Positions 12,401-25,471 of a DNA stretch of 64,000 bases are shown here, piece after piece. The translations under genes and the position numbers were made by a program. Location: contig JBEWZL010000163.1 of assembly GCA_045837725.1 (NCBI GenBank), positions 496,001 to 560,000 of the forward strand. The letters are read 5' to 3'. The stretch is from Vermamoeba vermiformis (Eukaryota). The notes under the pieces are model-generated. The model worked only from the letters and a program-made list of their open reading frames with translations. It was not told the origin of the DNA and made no database searches. Each line of letters starts with the position of its first letter. Positions within the stretch are counted from its first letter, which is position 1.

Positions 12401-15400
12401 GCAGCCAAGTACTTGAAGATTTTATCCGACTACATGAGCTACTGTTACACGCGTGTCATGGCAGCTCAAGTTGTCGAAGTGTTCATGGAACAGTTGCTCA
12501 AGATCAAGGCTCATATTTTCCTTTCTGATGACTTCTTCGATACGTCCAATATGAACATTAAGCGCATTCAAATGGTTCATCTGATTCTCCGCATCTTCGA
12601 CGAAGTCGCCAACCAAAACAAGTTCCAGCCGCTCAACGATTTGTTGTTGACTTTGTTCATGCAAAAACACGAGACATTCGACTTCATCAAGTATTACTCA
12701 AGTAAGTCGACTCGATATTTTAATGTTATGAGATAGTTGCTCATCCATAATTAGCACAATTGCTGTCAAACGAGAAGTTCGAGGAGACCGTACAAAAGTT
12801 GCCTCACGGCCAGCCGTTGCTCCGTGAACTCAGACTCCAAGCAGTGCGCCATTACACTACTTGCGTCAACATGATTCGAAAGCAGTACAAGAGCGAGGAC
12901 CATTTGGACGAGGTGTTGACTGCTGACGGCACTAAGGACGAGTTGTTGAAGAAGTTGGAGTTCTTATTGTTACCCGTAAGTTTCATATTTGTTATCATCT
13001 ACGGCCGCTAATGGTCGCGTTACAGAGCAACGGTATTATCATGCATTACTTGGCTGGCGAGACGTACCAGAACTTGAGCATTAAGCGCGAGATGTGCCGT
13101 ATGATCCACAAGGTTATGAGTATTAAGAAGAATCCTTTCATTCACAAAATTGAATACATCGAGGGCTACATCAACTTCTTCTACTTGCAGTTCATCAAGT
13201 TTTACAACAGTTACGCACTTGACCCTGTTTTGATGGACTTGAGCAGAGCTTACTTGAAGATTTTGACGGACTTTGCCGTGCAAAAGAAGAAGAAGACAAG
13301 AATGAAGTTCTTGCAATTGAAGGTGATGGACTTCTTGACGCACGAGGTCAATCTCGAATACGAAGTTAAGATCAAACGAAAGAAGTTCACAGCAGAGTTG
13401 GCTCGTCAAGAGCGAGAGAGAAATCAAATGCTCGTACAACCGCCTACTGTCTCACAGTTAGTGGTGCCAACATCATCTTCGCCTGCTACGTCGGCTGAAG
13501 TACCAACACCCGAACCAAAGCCCGCGGAAACAGGCATCAAACCTGCATTCTCACTCAAGTTGCCCCCGATTAGAAATCCTCAGCCTCAAGCTCAACCTCA
13601 ACAGCCAAAGCCAGCTCCGGAGATTCCCATCCCTGCTGTCGAGATCAAGACTAGCTCAAGCGTACCTACTGTTTCTGAGTCCAAAACGAACGAGTCACCG
13701 AGGAAAGAGGAAGAAGGACGTACTCGCGCATACAGCATTGCTGTTGCTGAAGGCATGTTGCGACCTACAACAAGTGTCCCGAAGCTGAACTTGGCTCCTT
13801 TGGAAGCTAAGCGTGGCGAGAACGTCATCAACTGGGCGAGTTTAGGAATCAACCTGACAAACGGAATTCCTTCTGTTCGTGAAACTCCAGTTGCCACAGA
13901 TCCTCACAGTGATGGCTCCAGACCTCGTGCTAAGACCTTAGAAGGCGATAACAAGCTGTAAGTACTCGATACCGATTAAGACCAGAACTGACACTGTTAC
14001 AGATCTGCTCGCAAAGACGGTGCTGCGAAAGAGGAGAAGAACTCGTCGGACGGTTCTGAGCCTTCATCGCTCGAGAAAGTAGCGCCTCAACCCGAACCTC
14101 AACAGACTAAGCCCGTCAAGCCGTTCGTTCCTTCACTTCGACTTGGCGGCGAGGGTCCTTCAATGCCAGCACCCGCTCCCGCCAAAGTAGTCCAAGAAGC
14201 ACCAGCACCTAAAGTCAGCTTACCAAAGAAACCTTTTGTTCCCAAATTGTCTTTGGACGGTGCGCCTCCACCAAATATGTCTTTAGCTCTTGGTGGTAGC
14301 CCTAGTGGTAGCGGAGAATTCAGCATTCCAAAGCCCGCTTTGAAGTTGCCTGTCAAGCGCGAGAGCAGTCCCGACAAGTCACCTAAGGGCGAGGACAAGG
14401 AGAGTCAGTCCCCCAAATCATTGGTTGATAAGAAGTTGGCCCTGAAGCGTATTCGTCCCAAGTCTATGATCATGACGTTGCCCAGTATGGAGGAGCATGA
14501 AGAGCATAAGGAAGCTTCTGCTAATGTCAACACAAACCGCGGTGACAATGATCTTGACAAGGAGTTGGAGAACGCTTTGGCTGGACTTAGCAACACTACT
14601 CCTAAGTCGATTAGATCAAGCCGTGGCATGGACTTGGACAAGGAGCTCGAGGCTACTTTGAAGCAATTGAACAGCCCTGGAACTAAGCCTGACGCTTCTG
14701 CTGATGACTTGGATAAGGCCTTGCAGTCCTTGACTGACGAAATGAACAAAAAGGATTCGGCCAGATCTGATCTTGATGCAACGCTCAAGTCTTTGACCGA
14801 TGACCTCGAGAAGAAGACCGAAAAGCAATCGCCGAAAGATTCAGATTCAGACTCGAATGACGGTCCCAAGAGTGCTCCGTTACAGATTGCTCCCGCACCT
14901 GCTAAGAAAAAGATGGCGATTCCATTGCTTCGTTTGGACGACGGTGCAGGTCCCAAGAGAAATAGCTTGCCTATTAATTTGGTTGTTGCTAGCAAAGAGT
15001 CTAAGACACCTAAGTCGCCCAAGTCCCCCAAAACACCCAAGACTCCAAAGACGCCTAAGACACCCAAGGACAAGTCAAAGAAGTCGCCTAAGGATAAGGA
15101 CAAGGACAAGGACAAGACCTCACCGAAGGACAAGAGCTCGCCTAAAGATAAAAGCTCTCCGAAGGACAAAGACAAGAGCAAGACACCCAGATCCAGCCGA
15201 GGTGATAATACGCCCAAAGATGGCAGTCCTAGGTCTGCAAGAAAGTCCCCGAAGAACAAGAGCAGCACATTCAGCGCGTCAACTGGCAGGAAGGTCGCTC
15301 TGTCGTTGAACTTGGGTGCATTGGCAGATGACGGACCAAAGGCTATGCTCATCAAGACCAAGAGCACGGCAACTTTGAATGATGCCCCCGGCGACGCTGT

Positions 15401-18400
15401 AAAGAAATCCACGTCCAACCCTGCCATGAAGAAGTTTGCAATCCCGAGCTTGAACGTTGTTGAAAAGGGCTTGGATTACAGCTCTATGGCCGCTGAGAAA
15501 GAGAAGGGCAGTCAATCGCCCAAGTCAGAAAAGATCGTCACCAAGCCGTCATTTGTTCCTCGTTTGGCTGTGACTGACAAGGCTGACATTGCTGCATCTA
15601 AGGAGCCCTCTCCTGCCAAGCCGAAGATTCCCAAGCTTAGCGCTGCTGATGACTCTTTGGGCAGGAAAAAGAACCTCAAAGAGAAGCGCTCAACAATCCA
15701 CCAAGACTCGTTCTTCAAGCCTCCCGCTGCTTCTACTTCAAAAGAGCACGGCGATGGCGTTGGTGACAAGATTGATTGGGACTTCTTAGGAGGCGGCAAG
15801 AGCTCGACGAAGGACAAGGCTAGCACAAGCACTGAAAAGATGGAAAAGAGTGCTAGCGAAAAGGCTGACTTGAACAAGATTGGAAAGGGGTCCGTGCGAG
15901 TTACCAGAGACCGAAAGAGCCGCGGATCCTTTAGTGGCTCTCAAACCTCTTCTAGCATGTAAGTACTCGCTGAACTTATAATTTTGTTTCAGTGTATAAA
16001 CACGTGTAATAGGGACATCCCATCCGTGAAGGCGTTGTTCGGATCCAAGCACAAGAAGTCCAGCAGTATTTCTGGCGATGAGTCGTTCAATACTTCTCCG
16101 TCCAAGAGTGATTCGAAAGACAAAGGCAAAGATAAAGACAAGGATAAGGATAAGAAGAGCAAAGATAAGAAGAAAGAAGAGTTGGATGATTCTTCTGGTT
16201 CCAAGGGCTCGCGTAGCTCAAAGTACGGCAACAAGCGCCACACGATGAACTTCTCCATGGTGCCTGTCAAGATTGTCGAAGAGGACGATGAGACTCCTCA
16301 AAGCGCTGGCCGAAACAAGCCAAAGAAGGGCATGAAGTGGTCGTTGTCCAAGTCTTTTAAGACTGACAAAGAAGAGAAGAAAGAGAAGGAGGTTGAGCCC
16401 AAACAAACTAAAGTCCCGATGCTCAACTTCCAGAAGAAAGAGAACAACGAGAACCCTCAGCCTTCTCAGCGCAACGATATCGAAGAGAGCTTGGACGAGT
16501 CTGGCGGTGACAGCACTCGCAGACCCAGAAAGTACACGTTGACGAACATGGAGCACGAGGTGCACGCATTCGATCCCAAGTTCCAAGTCATTCTTGGCAA
16601 GCAAAAGGCTAAGCAAGAAGACGATGATCAAGAGGAGCAACAGATGATCGAGTCGCCTGACGTGTTGAAGCTTGAAGACGACTTGTACCGAACTGAACGA
16701 GACAACAGAAAGCTCTACGCCGATCCTAAACTCCACGTGGCCATCTTGGAGTTGATCTTCATGTTGTTGATTCGTCCCAACGGTGTCACGTTAGATCCAC
16801 TTTACACCGATCAGTTCCCGATGGACAAGCTCAAAATCAACGTGCCCTTCATTCTCAAGCTGCACTTGAACCACCCGAGCAACCGTGCTATTATTGCTCC
16901 GTTGTCCAAGAAGACTCAAAAGCTCAACGAGTCTGCCTTCAGAATTCTCAAGCTGATCTCCACTCGTTTCTTCGTGCCGACTTTGTTCAAGGACTTAGAA
17001 CGTATTGCCGAGGGAGCGTACGGCCAAGTCTACAGCTGCAAGATGTTGGATCAACCAGTCGCCGTGAAGTTGATGCAAGTCCCACGTAGTGCTCACGATC
17101 GATGCGTTCTGCACGACATCTTCACGGAGATCTTGATTTTGGACAGGTGGAAGGCTGACGAGCGTATTTGCAAGTTGTTAGATTACGGTGTTGATGACGT
17201 AAGTATCACATGTATACATACCTTGGTCGCGGTATTAATATCGAAAAAATAGGAAAACTACTGGATCGTGATGAAGAAGTACAGGATGAGTTTGAAGAAT
17301 TGGCGTGTCAGACAAACAAAGTCGTTCGAGGAGAATTTACCGATCTACTTGAACATCTTCTCGCAAGTCCTTTCGATCTCGCGATTCTTGACTCAAAACA
17401 AGGTCAATCACTACGATATCAAGTGCGATAACTTCTTGATCGAAGCTCCCGAGACAGAAGACGAAGAAAAGATCGTGAATCAGACCGGAGAATCTCCGAA
17501 CTTTTCAGTGTGCTTGGCTGACTTTGGCGAGTCGCTCATTTACAACAAGAAGAAAGAAGGTTTCACGACTGACAATCGTGGCACGGAGTTCATTAAGAGT
17601 CCTGAAATGTTGACTGTTGCTTATGCTGGCAACATTGAACGTGCCACTTACGACCGAAGAAAGCAGCCTGGTGCTGATAAGGCCAGCGACATGTGGTCTT
17701 TGGGCTGTTTGTTGTACGAGTTGCTGACCGGCGAGTTCTTGTTCTACGATGAAGATTGGGTCAGATTCTTCATTCGTGTCACAGTGCCTAACCAGGTAAG
17801 TCTTTAGTAGTCAACGTGGTAGCAGATCCAAATCTGACTTTGTGTTAGGAATTGATCACGCAGGATAAGAAAGAAAAGATCAATAACAACAAGTTGTTGA
17901 TTGGTTTCTTGACCTGGATGTTGGCAAAGGAACCAGTCCACCGCCCGACTTTGTTCGACGTGATTGGTCGGTTCAAATACGTCAAAACTCAGATCCTTGA
18001 GGAGCTGTAAGTAGTGGCCGTTATCCTTACGAATTACGTTATTAACTAAAGTATCTTCAGTCGCGTGGCTAAGGAGCAACGCGAACAAGAATTGTTGGCC
18101 GCGAGCAGATTGGCTGCTAGTTCAACAAGCATTGAAGCACCATTGACTCCCAAGACTGATGGAGATAGCCCTGACATGAGCTCAAGTCTCGGAGCTGCCG
18201 ACAAGAGCGTCGCTGCTGCTGCCAAAGAAGGAAGTACTGACGGACCGAGCTCCGATGGCGTGATCAAGAACAAGAGCAAAACAACTCTTGCTCGTCGTAA
18301 GAGTCAACGTCGAAAGAGCATGCGTCGTCAAGACAGCGTGAAGGATAAGAACACCACTGCTTCGACGACCACGACTGCTGCCACGAAGAAACAACGTCGA

Positions 18401-19801
18401 AAGTCGACTCGTCGTTCAACGATTAGACAACGAGAGCGCAAGACTGTGCAAAAGTGAGTGTGAAAAAGTAACTAGTAGTGCGTAAATATTAACCGTGACT
18501 TACGTAGGACGGAGGTCCCGTTGGAATTTGACGAGCCCGAGAAGGAGTATTTCATTAAGAATCCAACGCGCATCACCAACTACTTGTACTTGGGCGCATA
18601 CGAGTGCACGTCCGACAAGAAGCGATTGAAGTCCCATTACAACATTACGCACATTGTCAACTGCACGAGCTCGCCGAACAAGTACCCCGAGCACTTCATC
18701 TGCTTGCAATTGACTATGGACGAGAACACCGACATCACGCTCTACTTCAAGCGGTACTTTGAGTTCATCAGATCCGCGGTCAAACAAAAGGGCAAAATTC
18801 TCGTGTGCAGTTCTGACGGCAGATGTCGTGCTGCAGCTATGGTGATTGCACTTTTGATGGAGACTAAGAAGCTGTCGTATATCGAAGCCTATCAAGTCGT
18901 GCACAAGCGACGATACATCGTTCAAATCGCACCGAAGCTGCAAACGGTGTTGATGAACTGGGGCAGCAAGATGTCTCAAGGCGATCAAAAGGAGCACTTC
19001 CGATGCATTTGCGGCAAGTGCAAGTGGGTCTTGTTGCGACCATTCGACAAGACCGAGCATCAGAACCCCGTGCCGTGTAACTGTCGCTTCGAAGAGATCT
19101 CGGACTGTCCTAACCTTGGCTGTGCAACCTTCTTGGAAGAAATGGCAGACAAGCACGACTGGCACGACACATCGTTGCAGTGGGGCACGACCACGCTTGA
19201 GAACGTCAAGTTGTGCAGCTCTGAAGAGATCGACGAGTTCTCGCCGGTCGATCAAGTGCCACGTCACTTACGCAACCGCGTGTCAGAGAAGGACTGGCAC
19301 ATTTACAAGTGTCGCACGTGCGCGTTCATTACGCACGCCGTCAGCAAGACAGATGTCAACGTCATTGCTTTAGTCACGAATATTAAGCAGACTAAAGAGG
19401 AGCACAACCCTGCTGGTTCACCGTTCTTGGGACCGCAGCAGCCTCCTAACGCAATGATGGCCTCGATTGGACCTATGAGCTCGACTATTTCCAACAGCGT
19501 TGGTATGGTTAATGGTAGCCCGGCGGGCTCAGTCAACACATCACTTGATGGCTTTTCACTGAACACTACACAAACGTCCATCGGTCCGCCAAGTAACCAC
19601 AGCGGATCTCAACCGATCACTCCCGGCCGCGCTGACTCACCTGCTTTGTCATCGGTTACAACGCCAGCGCAGTCATTGAACAATTCGTTGTTGATAGCTG
19701 CACCACCGCAAAATAATGGCGAAGGACCTGCATCCGAAAGTCCGAAAAATAACAGCGCTAATGTTAGTACGAACACTTCGAACGAAAAAATTGATAATTA
19801 A
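9476..19801 (+). CDS. Very large multidomain protein: SH2-like N-terminus, helical region, long low-complexity region, Ser/Thr kinase, dual-specificity-phosphatase-like domain, Cys-rich module
   Basis: Consecutive ORFs joined by GT-AG introns. Kinase motifs IAEGAYGQVY, VAVK, HYDIKCDN, DFG, SPE, DMWSLGCLLYELLTG. DSP fold PTRITNYLYLG...ITHIVNC...GKILVCSSDGRCRAAAMVIALLM...AYQVVHKRR. Exact start exon uncertain. Confidence 0.85.
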
Positions 19802-20178
19802 TTAAGTATGTAACGTGTTGTATTAATACCACTTGTAATAATGAATGTATTTTAACTTTACGAATAATTGCCTAATTTGGTTATTCAAATAATATTTGTC
19901 TGCCGCGAGATAATTTACCGGTTAATTCAAATGATGTTTATAAAGTGCTTCCATTTTAATCTTAATTAGATCCGAAGGCAGATGGTACCTAGATCCAAAA
20001 AAGGCAATTTTCGTTTATTAATCAGATGGCTGCAGCTACAATCTCGCGTACCGAGTAATAGATATAATTACAGTTTATTTAACAATTTAAGTGGTTAATA
20101 TTCGCAAATATAATTACAAGCTAGTTTGACTATTAATTAATTTCGTACTGGCAGTTAGATCTCGTTAGAATTGATTAA

Positions 20179-21228
20179 TTAATGACGCACAAATAATCTA
20201 ATAGATGATCCTGCACGAGCTATAATGACTCTGCCAAAGCAAAAGAAGATCGGGCACATCTTGCTCGCGCCATCCCACGAAAATCCATCGATGTGCTCTT
20301 CGGTGATGATAATAGGCACGCCATAATAACTCGTTTGATATGTAACTAGCACTGTATATTTATCTACGGGCGGAATAGCGTAATTTTCCAAAGTGAGCTG
20401 ATCTTTTCTAAACGTAACTCTGTTTGAACTATGAGCGCATGTATATGGCACAGATAACTCGGGCAATGCTGGCTTTAAGTACTCGAATATATTGGCGTTC
20501 TTTCTAAGCTGATTATGATGAATAAACAGTTGAAGTTGATTCACGTGCACAAAATTGAGCGAATCCACTGAATAATTTTCTTGCCGCCTGCCAATAGCGT
20601 TGCCAAATACTAGGACTTGATTATCATCTACAAAGGAGTATGCTGTATCACCATCGTAATAGATTCCGTGGTATTGTAGGGTGGCACAATCAGCGGTGTA
20701 TTTTTCCGTTTCAGGTTCTGGATCCGGCGTGTAAATTTGATAATAAGCCGCTTCTTTCTTTACTTCTAATAACTCTTCTTCTTTTAAATACGAGGAGAAT
20801 TCTCCGGTGCGCAGATAATCCAAAATAAAACTGAAATATTTGCCGTTTCGATCTATAAAATAATATCCTTCTTCGTCTTTCTCGATATCAAATCGTCCTG
20901 AAAACATTGATGAGAGCATTGAGTCTCTTTTTGATGTTAATGTCGTTAATGTAGTCGTGAACCGTTTGCCGCCAACATTGATTTTAATAATATTCGATAA
21001 TTTTTTAAATTGATCTCCATTTAAATAACCTTCAGATACGGCTCTTTTAACATTATCTTGTCGTATATGATTAATACGTGGATTATTTTGTGATTTTGTC
21101 AACGTATTCTTGCGATATACTTCGAATTCGTCAAACTGTTGCTGCATCTGGATTTCAAATTCTTTTCTTTGCTTTTCCAAGAGCTCTGAGAACTGCTGAT
21201 GCTGAACTTTATCTTCCATTTGTTCCAT
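20179..21228 (-). CDS. KCTD-type BTB/POZ (T1) domain protein, intronless
   Basis: IIKINVGGKRFTTTLTTL...SMLSSMFSGRF...YFIDRNGKYFSFILDYLRTG...EAAYYQI, preceded by a coiled coil. Confidence 0.9.
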   Translation of the reverse strand: MEQMEDKVQHQQFSELLEKQRKEFEIQMQQQFDEFEVYRKNTLTKSQNNPRINHIRQDNVKRAVSEGYLNGDQFKKLSNIIKINVGGKRFTTTLTTLTSKRDSMLSSMFSGRFDIEKDEEGYYFIDRNGKYFSFILDYLRTGEFSSYLKEEELLEVKKEAAYYQIYTPDPEPETEKYTADCATLQYHGIYYDGDTAYSFVDDNQVLVFGNAIGRRQENYSVDSLNFVHVNQLQLFIHHNQLRKNANIFEYLKPALPELSVPYTCAHSSNRVTFRKDQLTLENYAIPPVDKYTVLVTYQTSYYGVPIIITEEHIDGFSWDGASKMCPIFFCFGRVIIARAGSSIRLFVRH

Positions 21229-21698
21229 ATTAATTAATTTTAGTGGGTAGAGCTGTGGTCTATCGTGTTGCGAACAAAATTAAATCGTTGCCAAGTTTGC
21301 ACGTGAAAAAATCGGGCCTCGGCCGAAAAAAAAGATTTTCAATCTAAATATAGCACGAATAGCACCACAAGTGCCATATGTTATCTATATAATATTATAT
21401 TTTGATGCAGTATTATTCGTCGGTTGATTTTTGATCCGCGGATGTGCTTAATTTAAATAATAGACTCTATTTATGGCGATAATCTGTTAAGTAACAAAAT
21501 TGAATAATACCCAATATATATAAAATATTTATATGATCGGTAGATAATTTCAGACCTAGAATTTTTGATGCGATCAGACTTGGGTAATTATCATAGCAAT
21601 TCCAGACGGGATCTGCTCGCGATAACTCTTTTAATAGTTTTTATAATAACATTTATAAATACATTTTACAATTAACAAAGCGGATCTACCCTCAGACG

Positions 21699-23607
21699 TT
21701 ATTTCATGGATTCCACTCCAATATTTTTCGCTTTTGCTACTTGCGCGCCAGTGGTCTTAAGTAACTGCCAATAAGCTTGTGTTTGCAACGATACTGGCTT
21801 AATATTTTCGCGTTTAAAATGTTCAAGCGCAGATTTCGCCCATTTAACTACGATCGGATCATAAGAGTTAACTAGCATTTGCAATCTTCCGAATAGGCCT
21901 TGTTGGATTATAGTCTCCCTATTGTTAGCTATATATATTAAGTATTAGTTTCGGTATCCGAGATTAACTATCTGATTTAATTTTTTTTATGCAGATCCGG
22001 TCCCCGAAATTTCAATTTCTTTTGGCTTAAATAACTTATATATATAATTAAAGTATTCATTAAGTAATATACCTTGAATGGCTAAATGAGCCAGAGCAAA
22101 TGCACCAACACGTTGAACTTGAATGACACTACTTTCCAATAACGGGATCCATTGTCCTAGATTGCCCCACAAATAGCCGCACGCTTGTTCTGCAGCATCG
22201 ATTGCTTGGGGTGTATATTTAGTGATACTATAGTCTAAGGCATCGAACACTTCTTGTTTCGTCGTGACGGTCCAGATCCGCTCTACCAAAAAAAAAAAAT
22301 TCAGCAACCACCAACAAATTCATTGAACAACATAAAATATATAGATATATATCACTAATTACATAGTTATCATCGGTGTGATATTCAAGAGTGAATTTGA
22401 AGTAGAAAAAGAATTTTTTTTTCGTTGCGGATGTGGTCTACTTTACGTACCATCGTTAGCCATGTGAGCTAGTGCAGTGGCCAAATGAATCGATAGCAAT
22501 ATTGACTCCGGCTCTGCATCATCACCGCACCAAGTAGCCTCATCGAGCAATGTCTTGACTATGTGCGGCACTGCTCGCAACAGACCAGTTCGACACCCTT
22601 CTGCAAATTAAATTGTACGATTAGAATTGATTAATAAGCACTCGCAAACGATTTTACAATATTAATATATATATATATCCAACGTGCAGTGCATTAAATT
22701 ATAAAACGGTAAAATGTGGGATTTGGATGTGGATCGGATCTGACTGCCGAACAGATCGACCTTAAAATGCGTTTAAATACTCTTACCACTAATAGCGCAC
22801 ATTTGAGCGGCAGCAGCGAGTAGAAAGATGTGCTCACTCGCTGTCACAGTAAGCAATCGATCAGCGACCACATCCGCCACTCCCTCAGCAGCAGCGTGCT
22901 CCAGTAATGGAGTATACTCTATAAAGCCGCACACCCAACCTATCAAACCATATCAATATAAAGAAATAAGTTGCTAAAAGATGGATTCCGTCCGGATGTA
23001 CTTTAAACGTACCGAGCGTTAGAAGCCAGATCTCTTCGTTATCGGATTTGAATAAATCTACGGCAACTTTAATGCCTCCCGCATTGGCCAAAGCCAGAGT
23101 ATGCTCATCTATCAAGTACCATTAAAAAATAAAATATTTATCAATTAGATCCACTTTTGACCGGTATGAAATTCTGTTTTATCGAGGTTTCATTATGAAT
23201 ATTAACTTACTTAGCTCGCACCATATCCAGCAACACCTTATTAAGGCCAATTTGAAGTCGTGATTATCGCAAGTCTTGAGTTTTTCAAGTAGTCTTTTTG
23301 GACCATCGATTTCCATCAGGTATTTTTTTATAGCTCCTAATGTAATTTATTATTATACCGAAAACTTCCAATAAATTTGAAGACCGAGAAAAAATTAATG
23401 TATCGCTGAATTTAAATTTGAAATTGAATGTGGGATTGCCTTACGATTTTTAGCCTTTTTCCAGCCGAAAAATAATCGCAAATCTTGGGCTGAAGTGATG
23501 CAGAGCGGAATGGGATCGTGCTCAACACTGATCAACAAATTTTCTACCATCGCTTGCTCTTCCTCGTCCAAGATGTACTCTGGCAGATCGGTAAATTCTG
23601 ATGCCAT
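21699..23607 (-). CDS. Armadillo-repeat protein, multi-exon
   Basis: Helical repeats such as LALANAGGIKVAVDLFKSDNEEI, WIPLLESSVIQVQRVGAFALAHLA and LQMLVNSYDPIVVKWAKSALEHF, linked by GT-AG introns. Confidence 0.7.
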
Positions 23608-23993
23608 ATTTACTGCAGATATTATTGTCTACAACAATCTTCGTCAAGTGTACAATGCTAATAAAAAAATGTTAACGGTCATATTTTGCCGTGGAAATAT
23701 CGATTCCGCGACAAATTATCTCTGATAGACTTGATAGTCTTTTACGATATTACAATTAGATAAAATTGATCGCTTACCCGACTTAGAGTGATGATAAGGT
23801 CGTCACCTCATGAGGAAACAAGTTTTGAAAAAAACTAACGAACGCCACAGTACAGTAACTGCTTTATTTTCAGGTAATATGATCATCTCCGAATATATAT
23901 AATAAAGGTAGGAATTTGATGCCGTCGGATCAAGTAATCGCCTAAACACAACAAAATTTAATAACAAATGTACAAGATTACAATTCGCAAGGA

Positions 23994-25471
23994 TTATTGA
24001 AGTAGATTTCTAAGAATTGGAACGTCAATCTGAAGAAATCCTGCTGCTGTAGGAGTGGGCGCTGGGGTTGGCGCTGGAGTGGTACTCGATCCACCACCGA
24101 ATCCGACTGTAAAATAGATCGCGAGAACCACGGCAATGACAGCTGCTGCCACAACAGACAATACGATTATAACGATCATTAACTATTATACAACCAATAT
24201 ATGTTAGTTTCCAGTCCAAAATCTAATATATAAAATAAAATTGTCCAATCACATGACGATGCACACCTTTCGGTTCCGAGTGGCCCATTTGTTAGCTTTC
24301 CTCAGCTGACCTTTGCTTTGCACTACATAGTCATGGGCCTTCTCAATGTTATTCTCGACTGAATCGAGCATTTCGCCTTGTTCTGCGACGAGCATGGCCA
24401 TGTCAACGAACAGCTGTTGCAGCTCTTGCAAACTCTTTTCTATCATCATTATCTCCCGGTGACGATCCTAATTAGGAAATTATTAATATAGGTGCCGGCT
24501 ATTATTACCATATTAGGTAAATAGATCTACGTACTCTAATGTAAGTCAGTGCCACTTGCGCGGATTGGTCTCGTTGCGCTGAATTTGCAAAAATTCTTTC
24601 AGCCTCTCCGCTCTGAATGACATCGGCAATATCATCCGAAGTGGCATTCGGATTAACTATATTTCCATATTTAGTAATGAAATTGACACGTGTCATTAAG
24701 ATCTTGCGAATCTGATCCTTACCTGTCAAGACTTGTCGTGTGACGTTCTCTTCGTGCTTATGTTTGAATTGAGCTTGCACTTCTTGATATTTTTCCATGG
24801 CGCGAATAAAATCTTGCACGAGTGTCACGTGAACATTCTTTCTGATCCGTTCTTCTGCCGCCAAGGCTTGGGCTTGCTGGACTGTGACTAAAAATAGCAA
24901 ATATAAGATAAATTGCCTATAACCATAGTAATCAGATCGCACGTACTATTTGGATCGTTTTTGGCGATTTCTTCGAGTCTGTTTTTGACCTCGCGAGATG
25001 TCCGATTGATTTCAGACACGAGCTTCTCGCTCTCTTGGCCAAGTCCTAAATAGATATAATTAAGTTAGACTATTTTCTAACTAAATCCTTAGGGAAATAG
25101 GGAATTTGTTCAATGAAAGGAAATCTGCGTACGAATAGCCAGATGGCGCTTAGTAAAGAGACGCTAAGATAGATACTTACTTCTCCTATCGGAGGGATTG
25201 ATCTTCGTTAATCTATCGTTATAATTCTCTTGTAGCTTGTCGGTGTCGCCTTCAATTTTTCTCAGAGAAAGCTGAATCTGCTCAACTTGTCTGAAAAAAT
25301 CGCTCATGAAGTCCCTATCATCATTAGTAGCTACTGCCGCTTCTTCGTCGACATTGCTTTCGCGAGTTTGAAAATTCTGAGTTCCCTAGTACAAAGTCAG
25401 ATGCGCTCGAAGACTTCTTTATGAAGGCTTACCTCAGCGAACTTGAAAAGATCGCTTAATCTGTCGAGCAT
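23994..25471 (-). CDS. Plasma-membrane-type syntaxin (Qa-SNARE)
   Basis: N-peptide MLDRLSDLFK, Habc (DFMSDFFRQVEQIQ; ERIRKNVHVTLVQDF), SNARE motif RHREIMMIEKSLQELQQLFVDMAMLVAEQGEMLDSVENNI and C-terminal TM. Confidence 0.92.

Noticed and set aside
14405-15427. 340-aa antisense ORF, and similar antisense ORFs over metH and the kinase
   Set aside because: Antisense shadows of biased-codon or low-complexity coding sequence; no independent motifs.
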